DNA of 64,000 nt from Dehalococcoidia bacterium. Lineage in GTDB: Bacteria; Chloroflexota; Dehalococcoidia; SM23-28-2; RBG-16-64-32. The stretch covers positions 30,281 through 94,280 of the forward strand of contig DAOUMV010000025.1 of NCBI GenBank assembly GCA_034408935.1, written 5' to 3'. The notes beneath the pieces are model-generated. The model ran no database searches, was not told the origin of the DNA, and was given only the letters and a program-made list of their open reading frames with translations. Made by a program: the position numbers and the translations under genes. Numbering within the stretch: the stretch's first letter is position 1; each line of letters starts with the position of its first letter. This document shows, in pieces, positions 8,675 to 17,346 of this stretch.

Positions 8675-10213
8675 CTAGCCGCTGCCCGGTTCCTCTCCTG
8701 ACGGCGCCAAGGCCGAGGTACCGGCGGGGGCCTCCTTGGGCTGCGGCCCCCGCAGCGCCGAGGCCAGGATACCTACCAGCACCACCGCCATTGCGCCGTA
8801 CATAGCGAGGTGTATGCCGTGGAGGAAGATGGGCGTTACCTCACCCCTTGTCGCTGGGTTGCTGACCGCGGCCTGCAGGCTGCCTCCGAACCCCGCTGAC
8901 GTTAGTCGTGTGGTGACGATGGTGCCCCATAGGGTGATGCCCAGCGAACTGCCGGCCGTCCGCATGGTCGCGATGAAGCCGGAAGCCACGCCGTACTGCT
9001 CCCGCGGCACGGAGCCGAAGATGAAGCTGTTGTTCGGGGAGTGGAACATCCCGATGCCCAGCCCCAGGAGCATCAGCGCACCTATGATGGGAGCGTGACC
9101 CTGGTTGGCCGTGGTGACCTGCGAAAGAAGGAAGAGACCCGATAGCGTCGTCGTCAAGCCGGCCGTGGCGAGGATGCGCGAGCCGTAGCGGTCGGACAGG
9201 CGCCCGCTGATCGGCGCGACCAGAGCCATGGTGAAGGGCACCGTCGTCATCAGAGCGCCCGCCGTCCTGGTGCTGAGGGCCAGCGCTATCTGGAGGTAGA
9301 AGGGCATCAGGAACGTGCTCGCCTGCTGACCGACGAACGTCGAGAAGCTGGCGGTACAACCGGCGGAGAAACCCCAGATGCGGAAAAGGCTCAGCCGGAT
9401 GGTAGGGTAGGCGTTTCTCAGCTCGACAAACACGAAGACCACCACTAGGACGACGCTCGCGGAGAACAATCCAAACAGAGCGGGTGAACTCCAGCCCATG
9501 TCCGGACCACGGTTCAGCGCGAAGAGGAGCGTGAACAGGAAGGCCGCCCAAAGAGCTGCGCCCAGCCAGTCGAACGGTTCCCGCCTCGTCGCACGTGGCG
9601 CCGAGATGTGCCCTTCTCTCAAGACCAGAGACGCGAATGGAATGGCTAGCATCCCCACGGGGATGGCGGCGAAGAACACGGAGCGCCAACCCAGCGTATC
9701 GGTCAGCAGGCCGCCGATGGTGGGGCCGGTCACCAGCCCGGCGGCCACTATCGTCCCGTTCAGCCCAAGGGCCTTGCCTCGCTCTTCCGGCGGGAACACG
9801 GCCGCCGTGATGGCGGCGCCGTTGGCCTGGATCATGGCGCCGCCGACGCCCGTCAGGGCCCGCGCCATGATCAGCTCGGTGACGTTGTGCGAGAAGCCGG
9901 CCAGCAGGTTGCCCGCCGTGAATACCGCGAACCCCGCGATGTAGACCCGCTTGCGCCCCATGAGATCCGCCAGGCGCCCAAAGGTCAGGAGGAGGGAGCT
10001 GATCGTCAGCAGGTAGGCCAGCACGACCCACTGGATCGCGCCGAGGTTTGCGTTCAGGTCGCTCATGATGCGGGGCAGGGAGATGTTGACGATGCTGATG
10101 TCCAGGGTCGACATGAACACGCCGATAGAAACGGCGGCGAAAGCCCACCACTTGTGTTGCGGGCCCTCGGTAGCCCGCCCGAGCCTCGCGATCAAACTGC
10201 CAGGGTTTCGCAC
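8675..10213 (-). CDS. MFS transporter, DHA2 (EmrB/QacA) family
   Basis: MSTLDISIVNISLP, GRLADLMGRKR (motif A), GLVTGPTIGGLL (motif C), GRLSDRYGSR; about 14 hydrophobic segments. Confidence 0.92.
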   Translation of the reverse strand: MRNPGSLIARLGRATEGPQHKWWAFAAVSIGVFMSTLDISIVNISLPRIMSDLNANLGAIQWVVLAYLLTISSLLLTFGRLADLMGRKRVYIAGFAVFTAGNLLAGFSHNVTELIMARALTGVGGAMIQANGAAITAAVFPPEERGKALGLNGTIVAAGLVTGPTIGGLLTDTLGWRSVFFAAIPVGMLAIPFASLVLREGHISAPRATRREPFDWLGAALWAAFLFTLLFALNRGPDMGWSSPALFGLFSASVVLVVVFVFVELRNAYPTIRLSLFRIWGFSAGCTASFSTFVGQQASTFLMPFYLQIALALSTRTAGALMTTVPFTMALVAPISGRLSDRYGSRILATAGLTTTLSGLFLLSQVTTANQGHAPIIGALMLLGLGIGMFHSPNNSFIFGSVPREQYGVASGFIATMRTAGSSLGITLWGTIVTTRLTSAGFGGSLQAAVSNPATRGEVTPIFLHGIHLAMYGAMAVVLVGILASALRGPQPKEAPAGTSALAPSGEEPGSG

Positions 10214-10224
10214 CCGTGCCCCGT

Positions 10225-10272
10225 TCTGCTCCGATACCTTGTCAGGCGCCTTGCCGCCATGCTAGCGGGGCG
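10225..10272 (-). repeat. Copy 1 of a 48-bp promoter/leader repeat
   Basis: TCTGCTCCGATACCTTGTCAGGCGCCTTGCCGCCATGCTAGCGGGGCG; 47/48 identical to 11463-11510. Confidence 0.9.
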
Positions 10273-10296
10273 CGCCCTCCCGCTTTTCAGCGCATC

Positions 10297-11451
10297 CTAG
10301 GTGGCCGCTGCCTCAGCAGGCCGAGGCGGCGCCGGCCGTTCCTTCATCCCGAACAGGAACCGCACCACGCCCACGCGCTTCACTAACAGCTCGTAGAGCC
10401 CTAGCGTCGCCAGGAGCGAAAAGAGGAGCACCAGCGTGTACTCCGCTGGCACCCCTATTCCCCACTTCAGCACGTAGAAGCCGATCACGACGATCACCGT
10501 TTGATGCAGGATGTAGAAGGGGTAGGCGGCCTCGTTCGCGTAGCGCAGCGCGCGGTTGCTCACGCTCAGGAACTGCCGGCCGTAGCCGAGGATGGCGACG
10601 ATCCACAGCCAGCGGTCGAGCTGGTACAGGAACGTAACGCCGATCGCTTGCGGCGTGTAGTCCCCGCCGAAGTCGACATCCAACGCCCAAACGGCGTTCA
10701 GGGGCACTGCCGCCATGATCCCGAGCATCACGGCCGCGCCCTTGTGCCGGTCGATCGCCTCCTCGAATCGCTTGTCCGCAACAACGATGTACCCGAAGAC
10801 GAAGAACAGGAAGTAGCGGAAGGGGTTCGGTTCGACATCGCCTCCCAGGTATTCGGCGGCGAGCAGCGGCACGGCGAACAGGAAGATCGCACCGGGGTGT
10901 CGGCAGAGGCCGGCTGTTCGCGACAGAAACCGCGATCCGGATCCCCTCCGAAGGTAGAGCAGCAGCGCCAACCCCACGATCGAGAACACGAACAGGTAGA
11001 GGATGAACCACAGATGTGCCGGCGTGAACGTCCCCTTGTAGCCCTCGATGTCGCTCCAGTCGCTGAAGAAGTCAGCCCAGAAGCGGAGGTATGACTCGTC
11101 GTAGTGGAATTTCGACATACGTGCCATGAACCCCTGCGGCGGTATCACCACCAGCACGCCGAATACCAGCGGGATTAGCAGCCGCTTGAACCGCTCCGTC
11201 GCGTACTGTCCTGCCGTGCGGAAGCCGAGCGCGAACCACGACGCCGCTCCCGCCACCACGAACAGAAGCGGCATGTGCCAGGGCTCCACGAACTGGACGA
11301 AGTGCGAGAGCGGCCAGCTCAGCGCCTCGCTCTTCACGTAGAACGGCTCCGCCACGTTCGGCTCATCGATGTTGAACAGCCGCGCCGAGTGGAACGGCAC
11401 GAGGAGGAGGACCGCGAGTATGCGGATCCAATCGATGTCATGTCGCCTCAT
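10297..11451 (-). CDS. Membrane acyltransferase family 3 (OpgC/MdoC-like)
   Basis: RRHDIDWIRILAVLLLVPFH, WHMPLLFVVAG, HLWFILYLF, AYPFYILHQ. Confidence 0.88.
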   Translation of the reverse strand: MRRHDIDWIRILAVLLLVPFHSARLFNIDEPNVAEPFYVKSEALSWPLSHFVQFVEPWHMPLLFVVAGAASWFALGFRTAGQYATERFKRLLIPLVFGVLVVIPPQGFMARMSKFHYDESYLRFWADFFSDWSDIEGYKGTFTPAHLWFILYLFVFSIVGLALLLYLRRGSGSRFLSRTAGLCRHPGAIFLFAVPLLAAEYLGGDVEPNPFRYFLFFVFGYIVVADKRFEEAIDRHKGAAVMLGIMAAVPLNAVWALDVDFGGDYTPQAIGVTFLYQLDRWLWIVAILGYGRQFLSVSNRALRYANEAAYPFYILHQTVIVVIGFYVLKWGIGVPAEYTLVLLFSLLATLGLYELLVKRVGVVRFLFGMKERPAPPRPAEAAAT

Positions 11452-11462
11452 GCGTGTGCCGC

Positions 11463-11510
11463 TCTGCTCCGATACCTTGTCAGGCGCCTTGCCGTCATGC
11501 TAGCGGGGCG
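11463..11510 (-). repeat. Copy 2 of the 48-bp promoter/leader repeat
   Basis: 47/48 identical to 10225-10272; TAGCAT (-10-like) and GGAG on the minus strand. Confidence 0.9.
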
Positions 11511-11566
11511 TCTATCCCCCTGTCCACCCGAAGCGGCCGCTCCCGCGCGCGTGGTATTCTCACACC

Positions 11567-12469
11567 GTGAACCTCGCCCAGCGCCTAGGCTTCGCCGCCG
11601 ACGACCGCGTCCTCATCCTCCACGCCGACGACGTCGGCAGCTCACATGCCGCCAACGCCGCCGCCTTCGAGTGCCTGGAGCACGGCAGCCTCACCTCCGG
11701 TTCCGTCATCGTGCCCGCCCCCTGGTTCCCGGAGGCCGCCGCCTTCGCCCGCGACCACCCCGACGCCGACCTCGGCGTCCACCTGGCCCTGACCTGCGAG
11801 TACGACTCGTATCGCTGGCGTGCCCTCAGCGATCGCTCCGTCGCCCCCGGCCTCTACGACGACGAGGGCTACCTCTGGCGAACCGTCGCCGAGGCCGCCG
11901 CGCACATCTCCGTCGAGGAGGCCGGGAGGGAACTGCGCGCCCAGGTCGAGACGGCCCTCGCCGCCGGCATCGATGCCACCCACCTGGACACCCACATGGG
12001 CACCGTCGTCCACCCCAAGTTCATTGAGACTTACGTCTCGCTCGGCCTGGAGTACGGCATCCCCATCTTCGCCTACCGCCCCAACCCGGAGCGGCTGCGT
12101 CGATCCGGCCTGGGCGACTTCTGGGACGCCCTCGAGCCCCAGCTCAAGCGACTGGACGACGCCGGCTTCCCCGTCCTCGACAACGTCCTGGTCAGCACGC
12201 TGGAGCGCCCGCCGGAGGAGAAGGAGGCGTACTTCAAGCGCCTCTTCGCCGACCTCAGGCCTGGCCTTACCCATTTCCTCATCCACCCGGCCGTGGCCTC
12301 CGCCGAGGTCACCGCGATGGCTGACACCGCGCACATGCGCGCCAGGGAGTACGAGCTCTTCCGCGACCGCTCGATGGCGGACGAGCTGGCCGGGCTTGGC
12401 GTCAAGACAATCGGCTACCGCCGCATCCGCGACGCCTACCGCTCGGGCGCGCTCGAGAAGGGCGGCTGA
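11567..12469 (+). CDS. ChbG/YdjC/HpnK-family deacetylase
   Basis: LILHADDVG, LGVHL, ATHLDTHMG, FLIHP motifs. Confidence 0.88.
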   Translation: MNLAQRLGFAADDRVLILHADDVGSSHAANAAAFECLEHGSLTSGSVIVPAPWFPEAAAFARDHPDADLGVHLALTCEYDSYRWRALSDRSVAPGLYDDEGYLWRTVAEAAAHISVEEAGRELRAQVETALAAGIDATHLDTHMGTVVHPKFIETYVSLGLEYGIPIFAYRPNPERLRRSGLGDFWDALEPQLKRLDDAGFPVLDNVLVSTLERPPEEKEAYFKRLFADLRPGLTHFLIHPAVASAEVTAMADTAHMRAREYELFRDRSMADELAGLGVKTIGYRRIRDAYRSGALEKGG

Positions 12470-12640
12470 GCGGGAAGCCAGTCGACCGGGCGCTGCCGCG
12501 CGCCAGCCCCGCCTCTGGCAGCGCAGGCACTCTGGCGGGAGCCGCCCCGAAACGTCAACGCGCCTGAGCGCCCCAGGGAGGGGCGGAGCGCCCAGGCGCG
12601 ATCCGTCGTCCGTGCGGTGTCGCTCTAGTGGCCACTCACC

Positions 12641-15586
12641 CTACGGTGTGCACATGGAGCCGAAGTACGGTGGCAGCACCATGAACACGTCCCCCAGGTT
12701 AATGAAGCCGTTCGGCTGCAGGTCTCGCCGGACACTCCAGTCGGGAACGGTGTCACCATTCGTGTCGGGGATCCCTGGACTGGAGCCGAAGTACGGCGGT
12801 AGCACGTTGAAGACGTCCCCCAGGTTGATGAACGTGTTCATGTCAAAGTCGCACGGCCAGGCGTCGTCCGCCGGGTCATCCGGACAGTTGTCTGCGGTGT
12901 CGGTGCCGATCGTGCCCTCGTTCGCGTCCGTCCAGCCGTCGCAATCGCTGTCCCCCGGCGGCACCTGCCATGCGGTGGCTACCACCGGACAGTTGTCACA
13001 GACGTCCCCCCAGCCATCGCCATCCACATCATCCTGGCTGAGGTTGTAGTCGAGGGGACAGTTGTCGCAGGCGTCGCCGAATGTGTCACCGTCGGCGTCG
13101 TACTGGCCCGCGTTGGCAGTGTCCATGCAGTTATCGCAGGTGTCGCCAACGCCGTCGCCGTCGAGGTCCTCCTGGCCGGGGTTGACGTCACTGAGGCAGC
13201 TGTCGCAGACGTCAAGGATGCCGTCTCCATCCGAGTCCTGGGTTGGGCAGTCCTCGTTGATGGCCAGCATGGCCGCCTGAGGAAAGGTCAGGTGGCTCTC
13301 GTTGAGAGACGAGAACGCTTTTGCGAAGCCAAAAGCGAGGCAGGCGGGACCGCCGGAGATCGCGTCCAGGTCGATTCTAGTGATGGTCCCGTCCCCGTCA
13401 GTGCCGGGCCCTCCCATTGAGTAAAAGGCTCCAGCATTCAACCGGGACGTCTTCTTCTGAGTAACACTCACGGCGCCGGGAAGCTTGATGAGGTCATCCC
13501 AGCTTACCGGGTCTACCGAGTTGGGGTCGTAGTCCATCCACGCGTCGTAGCCGGTAGGGTCCTCAGTATCGCCGGTCACGTAGACGTCGATCGTGTGGTC
13601 CGCGACGCCGTCGCCTAGGTTCGCCGGGGCCACATCGACCCGCATGCACGACTCCAGGGTCCCCAGCGTGTTGGCGCTGTTGCCCGAGGTCTCGGGATCG
13701 ATGCCCATGATGACATCGCCACCCGGCGACCATAGAGGCGGGCCGGTGGGACCCCCGACGCATGTGGCTCCCCAATACCACATCAGGTTGTACTCAAGGT
13801 CGGACACTAAGGAGACGGCGCCGTCGCCGTTCAGGTCCAGGCGCTGTACTTCTGGGGTCCATCCCGGGTCGGTATACAGGAGGCCCACACCGGGATTGGG
13901 TGGCAGGTAGTGCATCACGTCAAGTAGGTTCACCAGGGTGTCGTGGTTCATGTCCGGCGGCCAGGCGTCGTGTTCCCCGGAGAACAGCGGGCAGAAACTG
14001 ACGGGGTCGGTACCGATGTACGTCCACTCCATCAGGTTGCTGTAGCCGTCGCCGTCGCTGTCCAGGGTGGGGTTGCCGACAGCGTCGATCATGACGTGGG
14101 TCATCTGGCCGGGGTCGTTGGCATCGCCGTCGTTCGGGTCGACGTCGCTGCCCCAGCCGTCACCGTCGTTGTCAACGACGCCGCCGCCGGTGATCGTCAC
14201 CGAGTCGACGTGGATGGCGTTGAAGTAGAGTCCGTCGCTCACGTAGTCGCTGCCGCCCTGCTCCGAGTCGCAGTCGTTACCGATCGCGTCCCCTTGAGGG
14301 CCGCCGTCGGGCGCGGCCGCCTTGTAGGTGACGGCCTCTTCGCTGTCGGTCTCACCGCCGGGAAGCGGGTTGGCGACCTGGGGGCAGAGGTCCTGGCTGT
14401 TCAAGTAGCCGTCGCCGTCCTCGTCGTCGTTCTTGATCCCCGGGTCCGGGTCACAGGCAGGGTCCAGCATGTCGGTGTCGACGCCGTTGGTGGTGTAGGG
14501 ATCGTCGGTGTTGGCGGTCCAGGCGCAGGTGTCGAAGTTGTTCTCGATGCCGTCCCCGTCGGCGTCGCGCAGGCTCTGGGTGCGGACCTGCGCCATGTGG
14601 GACGTGCTGGCTGGGGAGGTCAGGCGCGGCGTGTCGCCAACACCGTTGCCGGTGGTGTCTACCATGCCCAGGAGCATCTCTTGGCTGTTGAGCGGGGAGC
14701 AAAAATCCGAGATGGGTTCAGCGTGGATTATCCTGGCGGTGGGGTCGTTCCGGACGACGACAGTGGTGTAGCCCAGGTCGCTGATCAGCTTGGCGAAGGG
14801 GTGATTGAGGGTGTTCGGGTTGGAGGAGAAGGCGGCCTGGAGGTCTCCCGGCGCGAACACCACAGCCTGGAGCATCTGCCAGTCGCCGCCGGGCGGCACC
14901 TGGGTGAGACCTGCGTAGCGGGCGTGCGGCGTCACCGGCGAGAAGCCGCCGGTAGCGTCGCCGCTGCCGTCGGGGTCGAAGAACCTGTTCAGGGTGTGTG
15001 GGTAGCCCGTGACGATCGGAGAGTTGGCGTTGGCCTGGCCGAAGTAGGCATCGCCGCCGTCGATGGCCATGGTGGCGAAGCGGTCCGGTGTCCCCTCCGG
15101 CGAGACGCCGATCACGCTGGTGATGTTGTCGGTGGTGGAGTCCCACCAGATGAAATCGGGCGGGATGGTGTTGTCGCACGGGGTGGCCATCAGGCCAAAC
15201 GTGGCGGTGGTGCGCTCAACGCCGCCGGCGGCGGTGCCGTCCGGGATGGCGGCGTCCGCGGCCACGGTGAAGTCGGCTAGGCTGGTCACGTAATAGCCTT
15301 GGTCGTAGCTCATGTGGCCGTAGGGTATGTTGAATGTGATGGTGACGTCGGGGTTGCCGCTCGGCGTTGTGTCCGGCGTGCAGGCGCCGCCGGCGCCGGG
15401 CAGCGGCGCCGGGCCGCTGAAGCCGGGCGAGAGGTCGTTGCAGAGCTTGATGTCGAAAGTGGGCTGGAACTGGGGAGTGCCGGGGATCCACTGGGCGTAG
15501 GTATGGCCGGGCATCCCCCCGGACCCCAGCAATAAGAGAACCGTCAGGGGCAGCAGAAGAACCGCCGTTGGTCGGAACGTACTCAT
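12641..15586 (-). CDS. Large secreted acidic surface protein with thrombospondin type-3 repeats, two dockerin-like EF-hand pairs and a cohesin-like beta domain
   Basis: Signal peptide after a GGAGGGGG RBS; many DxDGDGxxDxCDxC repeats; DMNHDTLVNLLDV/DLNGDGAVSLVSDL and DFDMNTFINLGDVF/DLQPNGFINLGDVF pairs. Confidence 0.8.
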   Translation of the reverse strand: MSTFRPTAVLLLPLTVLLLLGSGGMPGHTYAQWIPGTPQFQPTFDIKLCNDLSPGFSGPAPLPGAGGACTPDTTPSGNPDVTITFNIPYGHMSYDQGYYVTSLADFTVAADAAIPDGTAAGGVERTTATFGLMATPCDNTIPPDFIWWDSTTDNITSVIGVSPEGTPDRFATMAIDGGDAYFGQANANSPIVTGYPHTLNRFFDPDGSGDATGGFSPVTPHARYAGLTQVPPGGDWQMLQAVVFAPGDLQAAFSSNPNTLNHPFAKLISDLGYTTVVVRNDPTARIIHAEPISDFCSPLNSQEMLLGMVDTTGNGVGDTPRLTSPASTSHMAQVRTQSLRDADGDGIENNFDTCAWTANTDDPYTTNGVDTDMLDPACDPDPGIKNDDEDGDGYLNSQDLCPQVANPLPGGETDSEEAVTYKAAAPDGGPQGDAIGNDCDSEQGGSDYVSDGLYFNAIHVDSVTITGGGVVDNDGDGWGSDVDPNDGDANDPGQMTHVMIDAVGNPTLDSDGDGYSNLMEWTYIGTDPVSFCPLFSGEHDAWPPDMNHDTLVNLLDVMHYLPPNPGVGLLYTDPGWTPEVQRLDLNGDGAVSLVSDLEYNLMWYWGATCVGGPTGPPLWSPGGDVIMGIDPETSGNSANTLGTLESCMRVDVAPANLGDGVADHTIDVYVTGDTEDPTGYDAWMDYDPNSVDPVSWDDLIKLPGAVSVTQKKTSRLNAGAFYSMGGPGTDGDGTITRIDLDAISGGPACLAFGFAKAFSSLNESHLTFPQAAMLAINEDCPTQDSDGDGILDVCDSCLSDVNPGQEDLDGDGVGDTCDNCMDTANAGQYDADGDTFGDACDNCPLDYNLSQDDVDGDGWGDVCDNCPVVATAWQVPPGDSDCDGWTDANEGTIGTDTADNCPDDPADDAWPCDFDMNTFINLGDVFNVLPPYFGSSPGIPDTNGDTVPDWSVRRDLQPNGFINLGDVFMVLPPYFGSMCTP

Positions 15587-16144
15587 CGGTCCCCCTCCCT
15601 TTGGGCACGATAGCGCGCGCATCGCGGCGCGTCGCAGCTATGTCAGCATGTTAGAGGGAAGAATTGGATCTATCGTAGGGAAGCCCCCTCCCTTCTGGCC
15701 TGCCGCCATCCAGGCCGACTCCGGCGCATCCTTCGCTGCTCCAGAAAACGGAGCAGCCAGCCTATAGTCGGCTCCGCCCCCACATGCGCCGCTGCGCCGC
15801 CTGAGGTGGCTCAATGTGTCATCAACTGCCTGAACAGTATCGCGTTGCCCAGAAGATGTCAATGCGTGAGATGACGTAGAGCATAGTGTGGCGAATATTG
15901 GCAAAGTACACAAGCACAGATAGGGGCGTGGGGACGAGATGTCGCTCAGGTTGACATGAAAAGTGCCCTCGGCAGGGCAAGCCCAGAGGGACGGGAGGCG
16001 CGGCCGCTGCTGCGTCTCTCTCTTACGTCTGCCCCCGTCACCGCGCCTTCCATGTAACAACCACCCATCAAACCGGTTCTTACTACATGAGCGGTGAGAG
16101 AAGTGCTGCGGTTGCTGCGGCTGCCGCTGAAGTGAGGCAAAGAC

Positions 16145-17260
16145 ATGGACTCTTGGAACGGTCTGCAACGAGACGATTGGGATCGCCCTCGCGGCAACAG
16201 CCATGACGAACCACCTCAGGAGAAGTATCTCGGCCTGACCGCCACCCAGTTCAACGTAACTGTCCTGGGCATCATCGGCGCCATCGCCATCGTCGTTGGC
16301 CTCTTCGTCCTCGGCGGCGCCGGCGCCGTGGGTGACTTCTTCAGCGGTGGCGACGACTCCTCATCGGAGAGCGCCGCGGTGGTGAAGACGGTCACCCCCT
16401 CCGACGCCGAAGCGACCCCGGACGCAACCCCCGCGCCGGTTCCCACCAGCGAGGGCGACGAGGGCACTGGCGACCGCGACAGCGGGGCCCCGACACCAAC
16501 CTCAGCGCCAACCCCAGCGCCGGCCCCCACCGTCGTCCCGGACGACATCGCTGACGAGGGCGACAGCGGCACCCCGGTTGAGCAGGTCCTCAACACGTTT
16601 GACCCGTTTACCCTGATGGGCGCCCTTGGAAGCTCCGGATCTCCTGCTGATATCAGCATCTCCGGGCCCGACGGCACCACGTTCGTCCCTTCCGACCAGG
16701 CAGACGATTCCCTCAAGGCGATAGTGGTCCAACAGGGCGACCTCCCGCCCGGCTTCTCCTCTCTGGGTGAGATGTCCTTCTCCGTCCCCACCGGGCAGGC
16801 GACCGCCGACATGGTGGCCAGCATGTTCGCCACCGGCGATCTTGACAGCGGCGACCTCGGGACGATGGTCATTTCGGCTGTGATGGTGGGCCCAGACGTC
16901 ACCGCGGAGTTGGGGAACTTCGACGAGCTGGAGGAGATGACCCAGGCTGACCTGGACGAAGCTGCCGCGGCCATGGAGGAGTTCGGGGTCACCCTCATCG
17001 AGATGGAGCTGCTCGACGCCTCGGGCTTGGGCGACGCGGGTATGGGCATGCACATGGTCATGGACTTCAGCGGCATGTTCGACGCTTTCGGCATGCCGCA
17101 AGATGAGTCCGTGCCTAGCGGCATCGCCTGGGACATGTACGCTTTCGCCCAAGGCGAACGCCTGCTCATGGTCATGGTGATGTGGCTGCCCGACGGCGTG
17201 TCAGGCGTGGATGCCCACGCCCTCGCCGAGATCATGGACGCCAGGGCCGCGGTGCAGTAG
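16145..17260 (+). CDS. Membrane-anchored acidic hypothetical protein (TM helix, Pro/Thr linker, extracellular domain)
   Basis: Hydrophobic stretch VTVLGIIGAIAIVVGLFVLGG; TPAPAPT linker; D/E-rich C-terminal domain. Confidence 0.75.
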   Translation: MDSWNGLQRDDWDRPRGNSHDEPPQEKYLGLTATQFNVTVLGIIGAIAIVVGLFVLGGAGAVGDFFSGGDDSSSESAAVVKTVTPSDAEATPDATPAPVPTSEGDEGTGDRDSGAPTPTSAPTPAPAPTVVPDDIADEGDSGTPVEQVLNTFDPFTLMGALGSSGSPADISISGPDGTTFVPSDQADDSLKAIVVQQGDLPPGFSSLGEMSFSVPTGQATADMVASMFATGDLDSGDLGTMVISAVMVGPDVTAELGNFDELEEMTQADLDEAAAAMEEFGVTLIEMELLDASGLGDAGMGMHMVMDFSGMFDAFGMPQDESVPSGIAWDMYAFAQGERLLMVMVMWLPDGVSGVDAHALAEIMDARAAVQ

Positions 17261-17295
17261 CTGGCGCCTCAAGCTCGGCTCGCAAGGCAAACGAA

Positions 17296-17323
17296 GGCGG
17301 CCCCGCCAAGCGGCGGGGCCGCC
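17296..17323. terminator. Perfect 12-bp hairpin between convergent genes
   Basis: GGCGGCCCCGCC-AAGC-GGCGGGGCCGCC; no U tract on either side. Confidence 0.6.
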
Positions 17324-17346
17324 CCTGATCTCGATTCGTCTGGCCC

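Noticed and set aside
15623-16144. ncRNA or gene in the long intergenic region
   Set aside because: Only a short hairpin (GCTGCTCC-N7-GGAGCAGC) and no recognisable RNA motif or credible ORF
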